Shown piece by piece: positions 33,161 through 43,125 of a stretch of 64,000 nucleotides of DNA. The notes below the pieces were generated by a model, which saw only the letters and a program-made list of their open reading frames with translations, was not told the DNA's origin and made no database searches. Numbering within the stretch: the first letter of the stretch is position 1; each line of letters starts with the position of its first letter. Source of the DNA: an uncultured delta proteobacterium (GTDB lineage Bacteria; Desulfobacterota; Binatia; UBA9968); contig CAVUZH010000018.1 of the NCBI GenBank assembly GCA_963745835.1, forward strand, positions 128,001 to 192,000. Reading direction: 5' to 3'. Both the position numbers and the translations under genes were made by a program.

Positions 33161-34893
33161 TTGAGCCGCCATATCGCTGGTCTACTTTGGCTGTTGTTAG
33201 CTGTCTGCCTAACCTCTCTTTTTTACCAGCTTGGAACGGCCGGCTTGTTCGAACCGGATGAAGGTCGAAACGCGGAGAAAGCAAGGGAAATTCTACTGCT
33301 CAACGATTGGGTAACGCCGCATGAGGATTTCTTTCCGGTTCTCGATAAGCCAATGTTCTTTTACTGGCTGATTGCGATCTCTTACAAAGCCTTCGGTGTC
33401 AATGAATGGGCAGCCAGATTAGCTTCTGTCTTGGCTGCATTGGGCTGTTTCGCGCTGGTTTATAGATTCGCACTGATCCGATGGGGCCCATGGGAGGCGC
33501 TGTGGAGCGGGCTGATTCTGATCAGCGGCGTAGAGTTTTTCATTTTGTCTCGGATCGTCATCTTCGACATGAGCCTAACCTTGTGCATCACACTAGCACT
33601 CTATTCGTTTTACGAAGCGGCGCATGCCGATGAGACAATGCGGCGCAGGATTTACTGCGTCTTGATGTATGGAGCGCTTGGCAGCCGGTACTCTCATCAA
33701 AGGCCTTGTCGGATTGCTCATTCCCGGCTTGATCATTTTCTTTTACCTTTTGATCGACCAACCGATGGTCAATTCTGCGCGCTGTTTATCTTATTCCTGG
33801 TGCATTATTGTTTCTGGCGCTCGTTGCTCCTTGGTATCTTCTGGCCGAGGCACGAAACGCCGGGTTTCTTCGTTATTATTTGTGGGACGAGCACTTCGGC
33901 CGCTTTGCCACCGCGATCTTTGATCGAGAACAACCCTGGTATTTTTTTTTGGCGAGTTGCTCGTTGTTGGGTTTCTTCCCTGGAGTGTGCTGCTTCCGAG
34001 CGTTATTAAACGCTACTGGTCGCAATCGTTGGATGGCAGAAGAATTTTTTTGCTATCATGGAGCATCGTACCGTTAATTTTTTTTTCGCTCTCCAGTTCG
34101 AAAGTGGCGCACTATATTCTGCCGATCTTTCCTCCCTTATCGATTCTGACCGCAACCACGCTAACCGGCATGTTTCAGAACCGAGGTTATAACCTGAAAC
34201 GGCCACTTGCGTTTTTTTGGGTGCTACAAAGCCTTATCATTCTGTACCTTGGTCTGGGATTGATCTGGCCGTCAATTCTCCCCGCACAGATTCGCGATAG
34301 CCTCGCTCCGATGGCGTGGTCCATCGCTGGTTATGCAATGATCTGCCTTGCGATTTTGATAGCGCTAGCCTGGGATAAAGCAGCTAAATTCTGGCAGAGC
34401 CAGTCAACCGTCTTTGCCGTACATGCCATTGGAGCGTTTTTCTTCTTGATCCTTTTGGCGCAGATCATGGTGGCGATTTCACGGAATAGATCGGCCGAAA
34501 AAATCGCCGGTGCCGTTCCCGGCCGGGCGGATGCGGAGACCCAGGTTGTCCTGTATGACACTTATCTTATGGGAATGCCCTTTTATCTACGCGCGCAAAC
34601 ACCCCTTTGGGTGGTCACCCATGCTAACAAGAAAAAGACCGTGCTCGGCAACTTTTATGTGGCTACCAATCGCGCTTGGCCCGACACGCGTTGGGGAAAG
34701 GCGCTTTTTGACTTGGTTGAATTTCGTGAAGTATGGAGGAAAAAAAGATAGGCCTTTGCTTATTATCGTTAAACAGAAAAATATCCCTCGCATGGAGAAG
34801 GAGATCGGAGCTTCGCCGCGCAGGCTGACAACCATTGATGAGTACGTTTTAATGTCGAATGGTCACCTAACCGGTCATCCCGCGCATGACTAG
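33161..34893 (+). CDS. ArnT/PMT-family (GT83-like) membrane glycosyltransferase, several frameshifts
   Basis: EPDEGRNAEKAREI, DKPMFFYW, EWAARLAS, TLIKG, YILPIFPPL spread over consecutive ORFs. Confidence 0.85.
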
Positions 34894-34950
34894 GAAAACC
34901 CTGCTGTCCGAGCTTTTCGCGCTGCGGCAACTAAACTAAGATAGGAATAC

Positions 34951-35775
34951 ATGGAAGGCTGGGGAGTTGCCGTAATTCTAGGCGTGGTGGAGGGGCTAAC
35001 CGAATTCATTCCGGTATCATCGACCGGGCACCTTATCATCGCCAGTCATCTTCTGGGCTTCGTCGGAGAAAAAGCCGCAAGCTTCCAAGTTGCCATTCAA
35101 TTTGGCGCTATTCTAGCCGTGCTGCTGCTCTATTGGCGTCGGTTTGCCGATTTGCTGCCGTTGGGGAAAAACGCCGTCCAATGTAAAAATTCAAACCTCG
35201 CCGGCTGGGCGGGGATTTGGCGGATAGCGGCGGCAACGTTGCCCGCCCTGGTGGTCGGCTACTTAACGAAAGACTTGATCAAAACCTATCTTTTTACACC
35301 ATGGGCGGTAACGGTCGCATTGGCCGGCGGCGGGGTAGTGATTTTGGTCGTGGAACGTTTCCTAAGGGGAAGAAAGTCGAGGCCGCTCGAAACTGTGACA
35401 ATGGTCCAGGCCATCGGAATGGGGCTATTTCAGGTTCTTGCCCTGTGGCCCGGCACTTCGCGGTCAGCTGCCACGATCGTCGGCGGCATGCTTCTGGGCC
35501 TTGACCGGAAGGGAGCCGCGGAATTTTCGTTTTTGATCGCAGTGCCGGTTATGCTTGCCGTTGAATGTTATGAGTTGATGAAAATGGGGACTATGTTTAG
35601 CGCCCAAGATGCGACAAATTTTATGATTGGCTTCCTTGTTTCCTTTATCGTTGCGGTGATGGCTGTGAAGACATTTATCCTGTTGCTGAGTAAATGGACA
35701 CTCGTACCGTTCGCCTGGTACCGGATTATCGTTGCTCCGATTTTTTTTCTTCTCACCCGTGAAACGAGGCTGTAG
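34951..35775 (+). CDS. uppP: Undecaprenyl-diphosphate phosphatase
   Basis: VEGLTEFIPVSSTGHL, PGTSRSAATI, AAEFSF. Confidence 0.96.
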   Translation: MEGWGVAVILGVVEGLTEFIPVSSTGHLIIASHLLGFVGEKAASFQVAIQFGAILAVLLLYWRRFADLLPLGKNAVQCKNSNLAGWAGIWRIAAATLPALVVGYLTKDLIKTYLFTPWAVTVALAGGGVVILVVERFLRGRKSRPLETVTMVQAIGMGLFQVLALWPGTSRSAATIVGGMLLGLDRKGAAEFSFLIAVPVMLAVECYELMKMGTMFSAQDATNFMIGFLVSFIVAVMAVKTFILLLSKWTLVPFAWYRIIVAPIFFLLTRETRL

Positions 35776-35835
35776 CTTATCTGCAGTGCGGAAGCGGCTG
35801 CGGAGCAGTGTCTGGCAGCTGCAGGTTTGCAAGCT

Positions 35836-36564
35836 TTAGATTTCGTGGCGGTGCTTCATCCAGCTGAAAATGCGACCGCGATAAAGATACGCGATCAGCA
35901 AAATGGCCGCGGCAACCACGGCGAAAATGATCGCCGTATAGTACTCCTGATTTCGAATGCTGGCGCCTTGCATGGTCAGAAAGTAAGTCCCGGGGATTCT
36001 ACCAACGATCGTCACAAACAAAAAAGTCGCCAGCTTCATTCGGCTCAGGCCAAGCACATAGCAGAGATAGTCCTTCGGAAAACCCGGAAACAAAAATAAT
36101 AGGAAGCAGATCGCCGCCCCGGTATTGGTCGTTAAGAAGTCGAACCGATGCAAAACATCTTGTTTGACAAAGCGTTCGACAAACGGTCTCCCTAAAATGC
36201 TTGCCAACTCAAAAGCGACCCATGAACCCAGTGTCAGGCCTATAGTCGATAAAATGAAACCCAGAGTCTCGCCATAAACGTAACCGCCTGCCACTCCGGT
36301 CAACTCGCCTGGAAACGGTGCGGCAATGACTTGCGAGACCTGGAAGAGAACAAATACCGCCGGGGAATACGGGCCGAGTGAACGAAGAAAGTTACCTAAC
36401 TTGTCGCTGCTGGAATAGATCCCTTCGAAGTCATCAATCTCTTCACCAGGCGGAACCAAAGCGGAAAACGGTTGCGGTATATAGCGGCTAAAGAGAAACA
36501 ACAGACCGATCAGAACAATAAAAATCAAACCCCTTATCGCGAGCTGTCGGTGTTGACCCGTCAT
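35836..36564 (-). CDS. DedA / TVP38-TMEM64 (VTT domain) membrane protein
   Basis: APFPGELTGVAGGYVYG, FPGFPKDYLCYVLGL, GRIPG. Confidence 0.85.
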   Translation of the reverse strand: MTGQHRQLAIRGLIFIVLIGLLFLFSRYIPQPFSALVPPGEEIDDFEGIYSSSDKLGNFLRSLGPYSPAVFVLFQVSQVIAAPFPGELTGVAGGYVYGETLGFILSTIGLTLGSWVAFELASILGRPFVERFVKQDVLHRFDFLTTNTGAAICFLLFLFPGFPKDYLCYVLGLSRMKLATFLFVTIVGRIPGTYFLTMQGASIRNQEYYTAIIFAVVAAAILLIAYLYRGRIFSWMKHRHEI

Positions 36565-36790
36565 CGCGGCTTTATAACAACAAAATTCAAAAGAAACGAG
36601 GTCGAGAGCGCCGGCTTCCAAAGGCAAAGGACGGGTGAGTTGTGGCAGCAATAGTTCGCGGGTATTTCGATGCAGCAAATCTAAATGGAGCGATACCTGA
36701 TAGAGCCATATCTAGGATGATGATGTGCTGGGGGCGGACTCCACTCTGCCAACTCCTTTCTCAAAATTGCTAAATACGGTGTTCGCCTTA

Positions 36791-39478
36791 TTACCGGCGT
36801 TGCTGCATCTCACGTAACAGAGCCTCAAGCCTCTTTTGCTCCTCACCATAGCCGGCCCAATTTCCCTGCCGTAAAAATTCTTGGGAACGGGAAAAATGCT
36901 CCAGGGCCCGTTGGGCCAGAGTACTCTCGATCAGGGCTTCTTTAACGCTCGCCGGCATCGGCGACGGCTCGGCGCTTGCCTTTCCACCAAACACGCGTTG
37001 CAGGGATTGATCGAGGGTCTCTTCCATCGCGATTTGGTTGCCAAAGGCGACAATAACTCGCTTTAACTCCGGTAAAGAGCCCTTTTCTGCGGCCAGGAAT
37101 AGAGGTTGGACATAGAGCAGGGACTTTTCTATAGGGATGGCCAGTAAGCTTCCCCGGATCACCTGTCCCCTCTGTCCCCACAGACTCAATTGTTGCGAGA
37201 TAAAAGCGTCTTGTTCGATACGGGCGTCGATCTGTTTCGGGCCATAAACCAGTTTCGCCTTGGGAAAATCTAGGGCTATGAGCTTCCCATAATGCGGTGG
37301 ATCGCTGCGCGCCGCCAGCCATGCCCGCATATTGTCCCGGTTGTTCGGCGTGAAGGGCAGAAGCAGAACGAACTCCTCTTTCGTCTCGCCCGGTAGGCGC
37401 ATGATGGTATAGTAGGGCGCCATTTCCCGCTCGGTGCCACTTACGGTCTGCCGCGGGATGCTTAACAAATCCTCTTTGTTGTAAAAAACCTGCGGATCGC
37501 GCATGTGATAGGTTGCGTACATTTGAGACTGAATCGTGAAAAGATCCTCGGGATATCGTATGTGCGCGCGCAGATCCTCAGGCATTTTTTCGAGCGGCTT
37601 GAAAAGCTCCGGGAAAATCTTCTGATAGGATTGAACGATCGGGTCCTCGGGATCACTCATGTAAAAGTCAACCGTACCATTGTAGGCGTCAACCACTGCC
37701 TTGACGGAATTGCGGATGTAGTTCGTGCCTTGACGGCGTATGGGCGCCGAGTACGGGAATCGATCCGAGGTGGTGTAGCCGTCGATCATCCAGAACAGCC
37801 TGCCGCCTTGGGCAATGACCATGTAAGCGTCGCGATCAAACGTGACGAACGGCAGGACTTTTTTCACTCGCTCTTGAATCTGGCGTTGATAAAGGATTCG
37901 GCTCTCTTGAACAATATCCTCTGAGAGCACGATTCTTAACGTCGCAAAATGCGCCGAAAAGATAAGCTTGCGCCATAATGAGCCGATCGATACACCACCG
38001 CTGCCGCTGTACTGAGTGTAGATATTCTGGTCGCCTGCCGGATAATCCAGCTCTCGCGCGCCACTCTTGACAAATACATAATCATTGGCGAGCTCGCCGT
38101 AATAAATCTCCGGCCGCGTTACCTTGAGGCTGCCATCTGAGACCGGCGGTATATCCTTGATGAAAAACTCCGGCAGCCCTTCCGGCGTGACCTGATTTAC
38201 CGGCCCGAAGACGACCCCGTAACCATGCGTGTAGGTTAAATGTTCGTTGATCCAGATGCGGCTTGGCAGGTGTTGATGAGAAAGTTCACGGGCAGAAAGC
38301 ATGATCTGACGATAGGTGCCATCGATGTTGTATCGATCGTTGTCGACATCGACAAACTTGTAGTATGTCCGTATTTCCTGCAATTGTGCGTAGGTCGCCA
38401 GTAACGGCTGATGTTCCCAAAGGCGTATGTTTTTGATCGTCGCATCATTCCGTTGAAGGTCGGCGGCATTCAGGGTTTCGTCAGCCGGAAAGTCCTCGTT
38501 CTCGATTTTATCGAGGCCATAGGCGGTTCGGGTAAATTTAATGTTGTGTTCGATGAATGGACGTTCCGAATCCACCTCGTTCGGAACCACACGAAAGCGT
38601 TGAACCATCGCCGGCGCGGCGCTGAGTCCGATCACATGGACCAGAACCAATCCAGCTATGCCAACAAGCAGATAGGCAAACCCAGGGCGAGTGATCTGAA
38701 CGGCGGAGAGCGCAGCCGCGATCAAAGCAGCGACCGTCAAGATCCTCAAGGCCGGCAGGCTTACATAAACATCGGTATAGCCAGCACCAAAAGCCGCACC
38801 GCCGGAAGCGTACAGCAGATCGTACGAATCCAACACATAGCCCGCTGCTTTAACAGCTAATAAAGCTGCGATCAGAATCAACAGGTGGAATCTGGCCCGC
38901 GGCGCGAGAAAAATGCCGCGCGGACTATACTGCAGGCCTCGATAAAGTACATAAATGACCGCGGTCAATGCCAGAGAAAGCGCCAAAGCCGTCATCAGCC
39001 AATTGTAGAGCGTGCGCAGCGCCGGCAACTGAAACACGAAAAAGCCAAGATCTCGATTATATAAAGGGTCCTCGAGGCCGAAGGACGTCGGATTCAGCAA
39101 GAGCAGGAATGATTCCCAATGGCTGGCAGCCTGGGGCGCGGCAAAAAGCCCGAGAACTAACGCTGCAGGTAGAAGCAGTCGTTGGACTAAGGGATCGATT
39201 AGCTCAGGTCGCGGCAGATCAAGAAAATTCTCTTGGTCCAGGAAGCGAATTCCTCTGACCAACCGAGCCGCTATCCTGACATTAGCGTAGATCAGGAGCG
39301 CAAAAATACTTCCGCCAAGGACAGCCAGAACAGTCTTGAAAAACAGACTGATGGTAAAAACCTGCGTATAGCCCACTTCTTCAAACCAGAGCCAATCGAC
39401 ATAAAGCGAAATGAGTTGGCGAAGCGAAATCAGCACTAAAAAGATTACAAATAGAAATATCCCACCCAGTCCCTTCAT
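36791..39478 (-). CDS. UPF0182 family membrane protein
   Basis: YVDWLWFEEVGY, GAGYTDV, QEIRTYYKF, YTHGYG, NYIRNSVKA; start uncertain. Confidence 0.92.
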   Translation of the reverse strand: MKGLGGIFLFVIFLVLISLRQLISLYVDWLWFEEVGYTQVFTISLFFKTVLAVLGGSIFALLIYANVRIAARLVRGIRFLDQENFLDLPRPELIDPLVQRLLLPAALVLGLFAAPQAASHWESFLLLLNPTSFGLEDPLYNRDLGFFVFQLPALRTLYNWLMTALALSLALTAVIYVLYRGLQYSPRGIFLAPRARFHLLILIAALLAVKAAGYVLDSYDLLYASGGAAFGAGYTDVYVSLPALRILTVAALIAAALSAVQITRPGFAYLLVGIAGLVLVHVIGLSAAPAMVQRFRVVPNEVDSERPFIEHNIKFTRTAYGLDKIENEDFPADETLNAADLQRNDATIKNIRLWEHQPLLATYAQLQEIRTYYKFVDVDNDRYNIDGTYRQIMLSARELSHQHLPSRIWINEHLTYTHGYGVVFGPVNQVTPEGLPEFFIKDIPPVSDGSLKVTRPEIYYGELANDYVFVKSGARELDYPAGDQNIYTQYSGSGGVSIGSLWRKLIFSAHFATLRIVLSEDIVQESRILYQRQIQERVKKVLPFVTFDRDAYMVIAQGGRLFWMIDGYTTSDRFPYSAPIRRQGTNYIRNSVKAVVDAYNGTVDFYMSDPEDPIVQSYQKIFPELFKPLEKMPEDLRAHIRYPEDLFTIQSQMYATYHMRDPQVFYNKEDLLSIPRQTVSGTEREMAPYYTIMRLPGETKEEFVLLLPFTPNNRDNMRAWLAARSDPPHYGKLIALDFPKAKLVYGPKQIDARIEQDAFISQQLSLWGQRGQVIRGSLLAIPIEKSLLYVQPLFLAAEKGSLPELKRVIVAFGNQIAMEETLDQSLQRVFGGKASAEPSPMPASVKEALIESTLAQRALEHFSRSQEFLRQGNWAGYGEEQKRLEALLREMQQRR

Positions 39479-39656
39479 GAGATTGCCTTTGTTCAGCCTA
39501 GGATTTGGGAGATGCAGGTTAGAAAAGAAGTTCCGCAGGAATAACATCAAAAACGATGCTGAGATCTGACGATCGATTTGCGGAACGAAATGCCGGATGG
39601 AAAAGGTGGCTCCCGAATGTCGAGAGCCACCTTTTGAGGGTACGCGATGAACTGCT

Positions 39657-40502
39657 TTAAGCGACAGCTCCAACCTTGGGACGCCACTTGTCAAACCGGG
39701 ATTCGAGTCGGGTCAGAAGCTCCATTGCAATCATTCCCGAGATCGCGAAGATGAGCACGCCGACGAATACCTTATCGGTTTGAAACGTGGCGCCCGCCAC
39801 CGTGATCATGAAGCCGATGCCGGCCGTGGCAGCATAAAGCTCGCCAACCATGACGCCGATTAGAGCCCGGCCCACCCCAAGTCTCAAGCCCGTAAGAATA
39901 AAAGGCAGAGTCGAAGGCAGCACGACGCTCCTGAAAATCTGCCATTCTGAAGCACCGAAGCTCCTTGCGGCGGTCAAAAGGTTATACGGCGTGGTTTTTA
40001 CGCCGTCGCGCGCATTGATCAAGATTGGAAAGACGGCCCCAAGAAATATGATTCCGACTTTGGACAAGATGCCGATCCCAAGCCAAATGATGACTAACGG
40101 CAACAACGCAACTCTAGGCGTTGCGTTCATGGCATTGATAAAGGGATCAAATATGTAGGCAAACTTCTTATACCAACCGCACGCGATGCCAAACGGCACG
40201 CCGACTACCACAGATAGCAAATAGCCCCAGCCGAATTCGAGGCCACTGACATACAAGTCATTATAAATTTCTCCCGATGAGAACATTTGAACCGCCGCTT
40301 TGAAGATCAATGACGGCGCGCTCATAAACATCGGATTGATAAGGCCGAGAGTATTTCCTACCAACTCCCAGGCCGATAAAAATATGATGACTGCCGAGGT
40401 GCCTAAAATCTTCTTTTCATTGTTCAGATAGAACTTATAGGCGCCTGATGCTTCGGCGACGCTAACGTCTAAAAGTTGCTCTTCTGCGGCTTGATCAGCC
40501 AT
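39657..40502 (-). CDS. NitT/TauT-family ABC transporter permease
   Basis: TPRVALLPL, EAA-like AARSFGAS, LIGVMVGE, GIGF. Confidence 0.9.
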   Translation of the reverse strand: MADQAAEEQLLDVSVAEASGAYKFYLNNEKKILGTSAVIIFLSAWELVGNTLGLINPMFMSAPSLIFKAAVQMFSSGEIYNDLYVSGLEFGWGYLLSVVVGVPFGIACGWYKKFAYIFDPFINAMNATPRVALLPLVIIWLGIGILSKVGIIFLGAVFPILINARDGVKTTPYNLLTAARSFGASEWQIFRSVVLPSTLPFILTGLRLGVGRALIGVMVGELYAATAGIGFMITVAGATFQTDKVFVGVLIFAISGMIAMELLTRLESRFDKWRPKVGAVA

Positions 40503-40554
40503 ATCTTTCCTCCTAGTGGTTTATAAAGTCACTCTGGGCCAGCAACGCGAACGT

Positions 40555-40598
40555 CTAACAAAAGGGTTAGTTCTTGTCAATACTAACCTGTTGGTTAG
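40555..40598. promoter_or_regulatory. Two palindromic operator-like sites CTAAC-N6-GTTAG
   Basis: CTAACAAAAGGGTTAG (40555-40570) and CTAACCTGTTGGTTAG (40583-40598) flank a minus-strand TTGACA (40575-40580). Confidence 0.5.
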
Positions 40599-40668
40599 GC
40601 CAACCTATTTTTTTACTGCGGTTTTTACTGCGCCAATGGAGGTCATGGCAAGCTGGAATTCTGCGATC

Positions 40669-40697
40669 TTGACAATTGTTTAGGTCTTAAATATTTT
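40669..40697 (+). promoter_or_regulatory. Putative sigma-70 promoter of the radical SAM operon
   Basis: TTGACA-17 nt-TATTTT, about 40 bp upstream of ATG 40739. Confidence 0.45.
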
Positions 40698-40738
40698 GGC
40701 CTGAACCATCGATTATCCTTCCGCTATCAGGGAGATAC

Positions 40739-42220
40739 ATGAAAATTCTTTTTATTACGCCGCCTATGGGAAATTGGGCTCCCTGGGGTGAGCGCCACGT
40801 GGCTGTCAATTCACTGCACGCCCAGCTTGCCGCCTTTGTCAGAGAACAGAATGCCGCTGAGGTGGAGGTGCTTGATTGCCGCGCGCTCGCACTCGATGAT
40901 GAAGGCATGCTCGATAAAATTAAACAAAGCCGCCCCGATGTGGTGTTTTTTGGCAACATGATTGCCGCCGCGGGGGGCGCCGCGCAGCTTAATCGCTTTC
41001 ATGCAGCCATGAAGCGAATCAAGGACGTGTTGCCGAGCACCATTACGGTCGGCGGCGGTCTGATGTACACCGCGGTTCCGCAGAAAATCATGGCCGAAAA
41101 TCCGCAACTGGACTTTGCGCTTGTCGGCGTGTTCGGCGATAACGAGTATGCCCTTTGCGAATTGTTGCAGACGTTGAAAATGCCGTCTGCAAAATTTGCA
41201 GCGATCAAAGGGCTGGCTTACCGTGAAAACGGAGAAGTCGCGCTCAATCCGCCGCGTCCGCTCATTTCCAACCTCGACGATTTGCCGCTACCGGCTTACG
41301 ACCTCTTCCCGATGGATCGATACTGTGGCTATTCGGTGATTCCAAATTACAACGAAACGGTAACCTCGAGAGGTTGCGAAGGCGCTTGCCATTTTTGTTA
41401 TGAGTGGTGGCTCGTCGATCAACGCAATCCTCGGGATTTCAGCTCGCACCGGACCAAAAGCGGCAGGAAGGTTGCCGAAGAAATGGAGCTCCTCAACCAC
41501 AAGTATGGCGTTAAAGCGCTTACCTTCATGGATGATGACTTCAACTCCGATCGACAAAAGATGGTCGACATGCTCGAAGAGCTGGAAAAGAAAAAGTTGG
41601 ACATGAGCTGGTTTATGCTTAGCAGAGCGCAGAACTTGATTCGTGATGCCGACCTGATTCCGCGTCTGAGAAAAGTCGGTCTGTATCAGGTGCTGATCGG
41701 TATCGATGGCGGAACCGATGAGGAAATCGCCGAAGCTCGCAAGGGACCGATGAAGGTTGGGGTCCAGGAACTGAAAGAGCTTATTCAGTTCCTGCGTAAG
41801 AACGACATCTCGACGATTTCGACTTATTTGAATGGGTTTTGGGAGGACGATGAGGCGAAGATTCGCCAACGCGCCAACGCTGTGGACGAAATTGATCCGG
41901 ATATTGTCATGATCCAATTGCTCAACCCGATTCCCGGATCACCGATCTACAAGAAAGCTGTCAAAGAAAATCTGATCGAGATCGATAATCTGAGCCTGTA
42001 CGATTTAGAGCATTGCGTGATGCCGACCAAGTATCTCTCGCGCCAACAACTCGGCGAACTGACCGGGTGGGCCTTTCAATCGTTCTACAGCAAACCGGGT
42101 CGAGTCGAGAGAATTTTGAACGGCTATACTTCTCCCTATGTAAGGATGAAGTTCCTTTCGTTCAAGAATAACGCGGCGAAGTATGAAAAGGGCGCGGCCG
42201 AAGATGCCATCGCCATATAG
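40739..42220 (+). CDS. Cobalamin-binding radical SAM enzyme (class B methylase / BchE-like superfamily)
   Basis: N-terminal B12-binding-type domain; TSRGCEGACHFCYE (CxxxCxxC); FMDDDF; LNPIPGSPIY. Confidence 0.9.
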   Translation: MKILFITPPMGNWAPWGERHVAVNSLHAQLAAFVREQNAAEVEVLDCRALALDDEGMLDKIKQSRPDVVFFGNMIAAAGGAAQLNRFHAAMKRIKDVLPSTITVGGGLMYTAVPQKIMAENPQLDFALVGVFGDNEYALCELLQTLKMPSAKFAAIKGLAYRENGEVALNPPRPLISNLDDLPLPAYDLFPMDRYCGYSVIPNYNETVTSRGCEGACHFCYEWWLVDQRNPRDFSSHRTKSGRKVAEEMELLNHKYGVKALTFMDDDFNSDRQKMVDMLEELEKKKLDMSWFMLSRAQNLIRDADLIPRLRKVGLYQVLIGIDGGTDEEIAEARKGPMKVGVQELKELIQFLRKNDISTISTYLNGFWEDDEAKIRQRANAVDEIDPDIVMIQLLNPIPGSPIYKKAVKENLIEIDNLSLYDLEHCVMPTKYLSRQQLGELTGWAFQSFYSKPGRVERILNGYTSPYVRMKFLSFKNNAAKYEKGAAEDAIAI

Positions 42221-42237
42221 CTCCTGATTGCAGCTCC

Positions 42238-43011
42238 ATGCCCGGGAAAGAGAACCATCCGCAGCTTCGGGAAAAAGTCATTCTCGTCACCGGCGGGAGC
42301 CGTGGAATAGGCGCGGCGGCGGCGAAGCGGCTGGGCCAATCCGGCGCATGGGTGATCATCAATTATCATCAGAACCGGGAAGCCGCGGAAAAAGTTCTCG
42401 ATGAAATTCAGAGCGCGGGCGGCGAAGGCATGCTTTTTCAAGCTGACGTAACGCGCAAAGAACAAGTTGATCTTATGATCCAGGCCGCTCGGAAGAGGTA
42501 TCGGGCGATCGATGTCCTGGTGAACAACGCTTACTTTCCTTTTCAGGTCGCCCATCTGCACGAGTTGTCATGGGAAGATTTTCACCGCGCCATCGAACAT
42601 GAGCTTCTGGCTTTCTACAACTGCGTTCAGGCTTGCTTGCCGGATATGACTCAAAAGAAATCCGGTAAGATCATCGTGGTCAGCACGCGCCTGGCGCAAC
42701 AGCCGCTGCCCAGAATGGGCGCTTATTCGGCTGCGAAATCGGCGCTCGAATCGATGGCCAACACCATGGCGATAGAGTTGGGGCCGCTTGGAATCACCGT
42801 AAATGTCGTCACGCCGGCTTTTACACTGACCGATGCGTCCTTGATTATGCCCGAAGCGTTTAGAGAAAGAGTTCGGCAAACAAGGCCCTTGAAAAAACAT
42901 ATCTATCCCGAAGATGTGGCGGGGGCGATTGCTTTCCTGGCCGGCGATGAAGCGAATATGCTCACCGGCAGCCATATCCTGATTACCGGGGGCAGCCATC
43001 TTCAGCTCTGA
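42238..43011 (+). CDS. Short-chain dehydrogenase/reductase
   Basis: VTGGSRGIG, LVNNA, YSAAK. Confidence 0.93.
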   Translation: MPGKENHPQLREKVILVTGGSRGIGAAAAKRLGQSGAWVIINYHQNREAAEKVLDEIQSAGGEGMLFQADVTRKEQVDLMIQAARKRYRAIDVLVNNAYFPFQVAHLHELSWEDFHRAIEHELLAFYNCVQACLPDMTQKKSGKIIVVSTRLAQQPLPRMGAYSAAKSALESMANTMAIELGPLGITVNVVTPAFTLTDASLIMPEAFRERVRQTRPLKKHIYPEDVAGAIAFLAGDEANMLTGSHILITGGSHLQL

Positions 43012-43125
43012 GCCGCAATTTAGAAGTGTGCATTTGGAACAGGTACTTGCGTAGTCGCAACTCCTGCCCGCCGAATTCTCCCTCAACCTTGCGGTACCCT
43101 GATCACTAGTTTGGAAGTAAACAGA

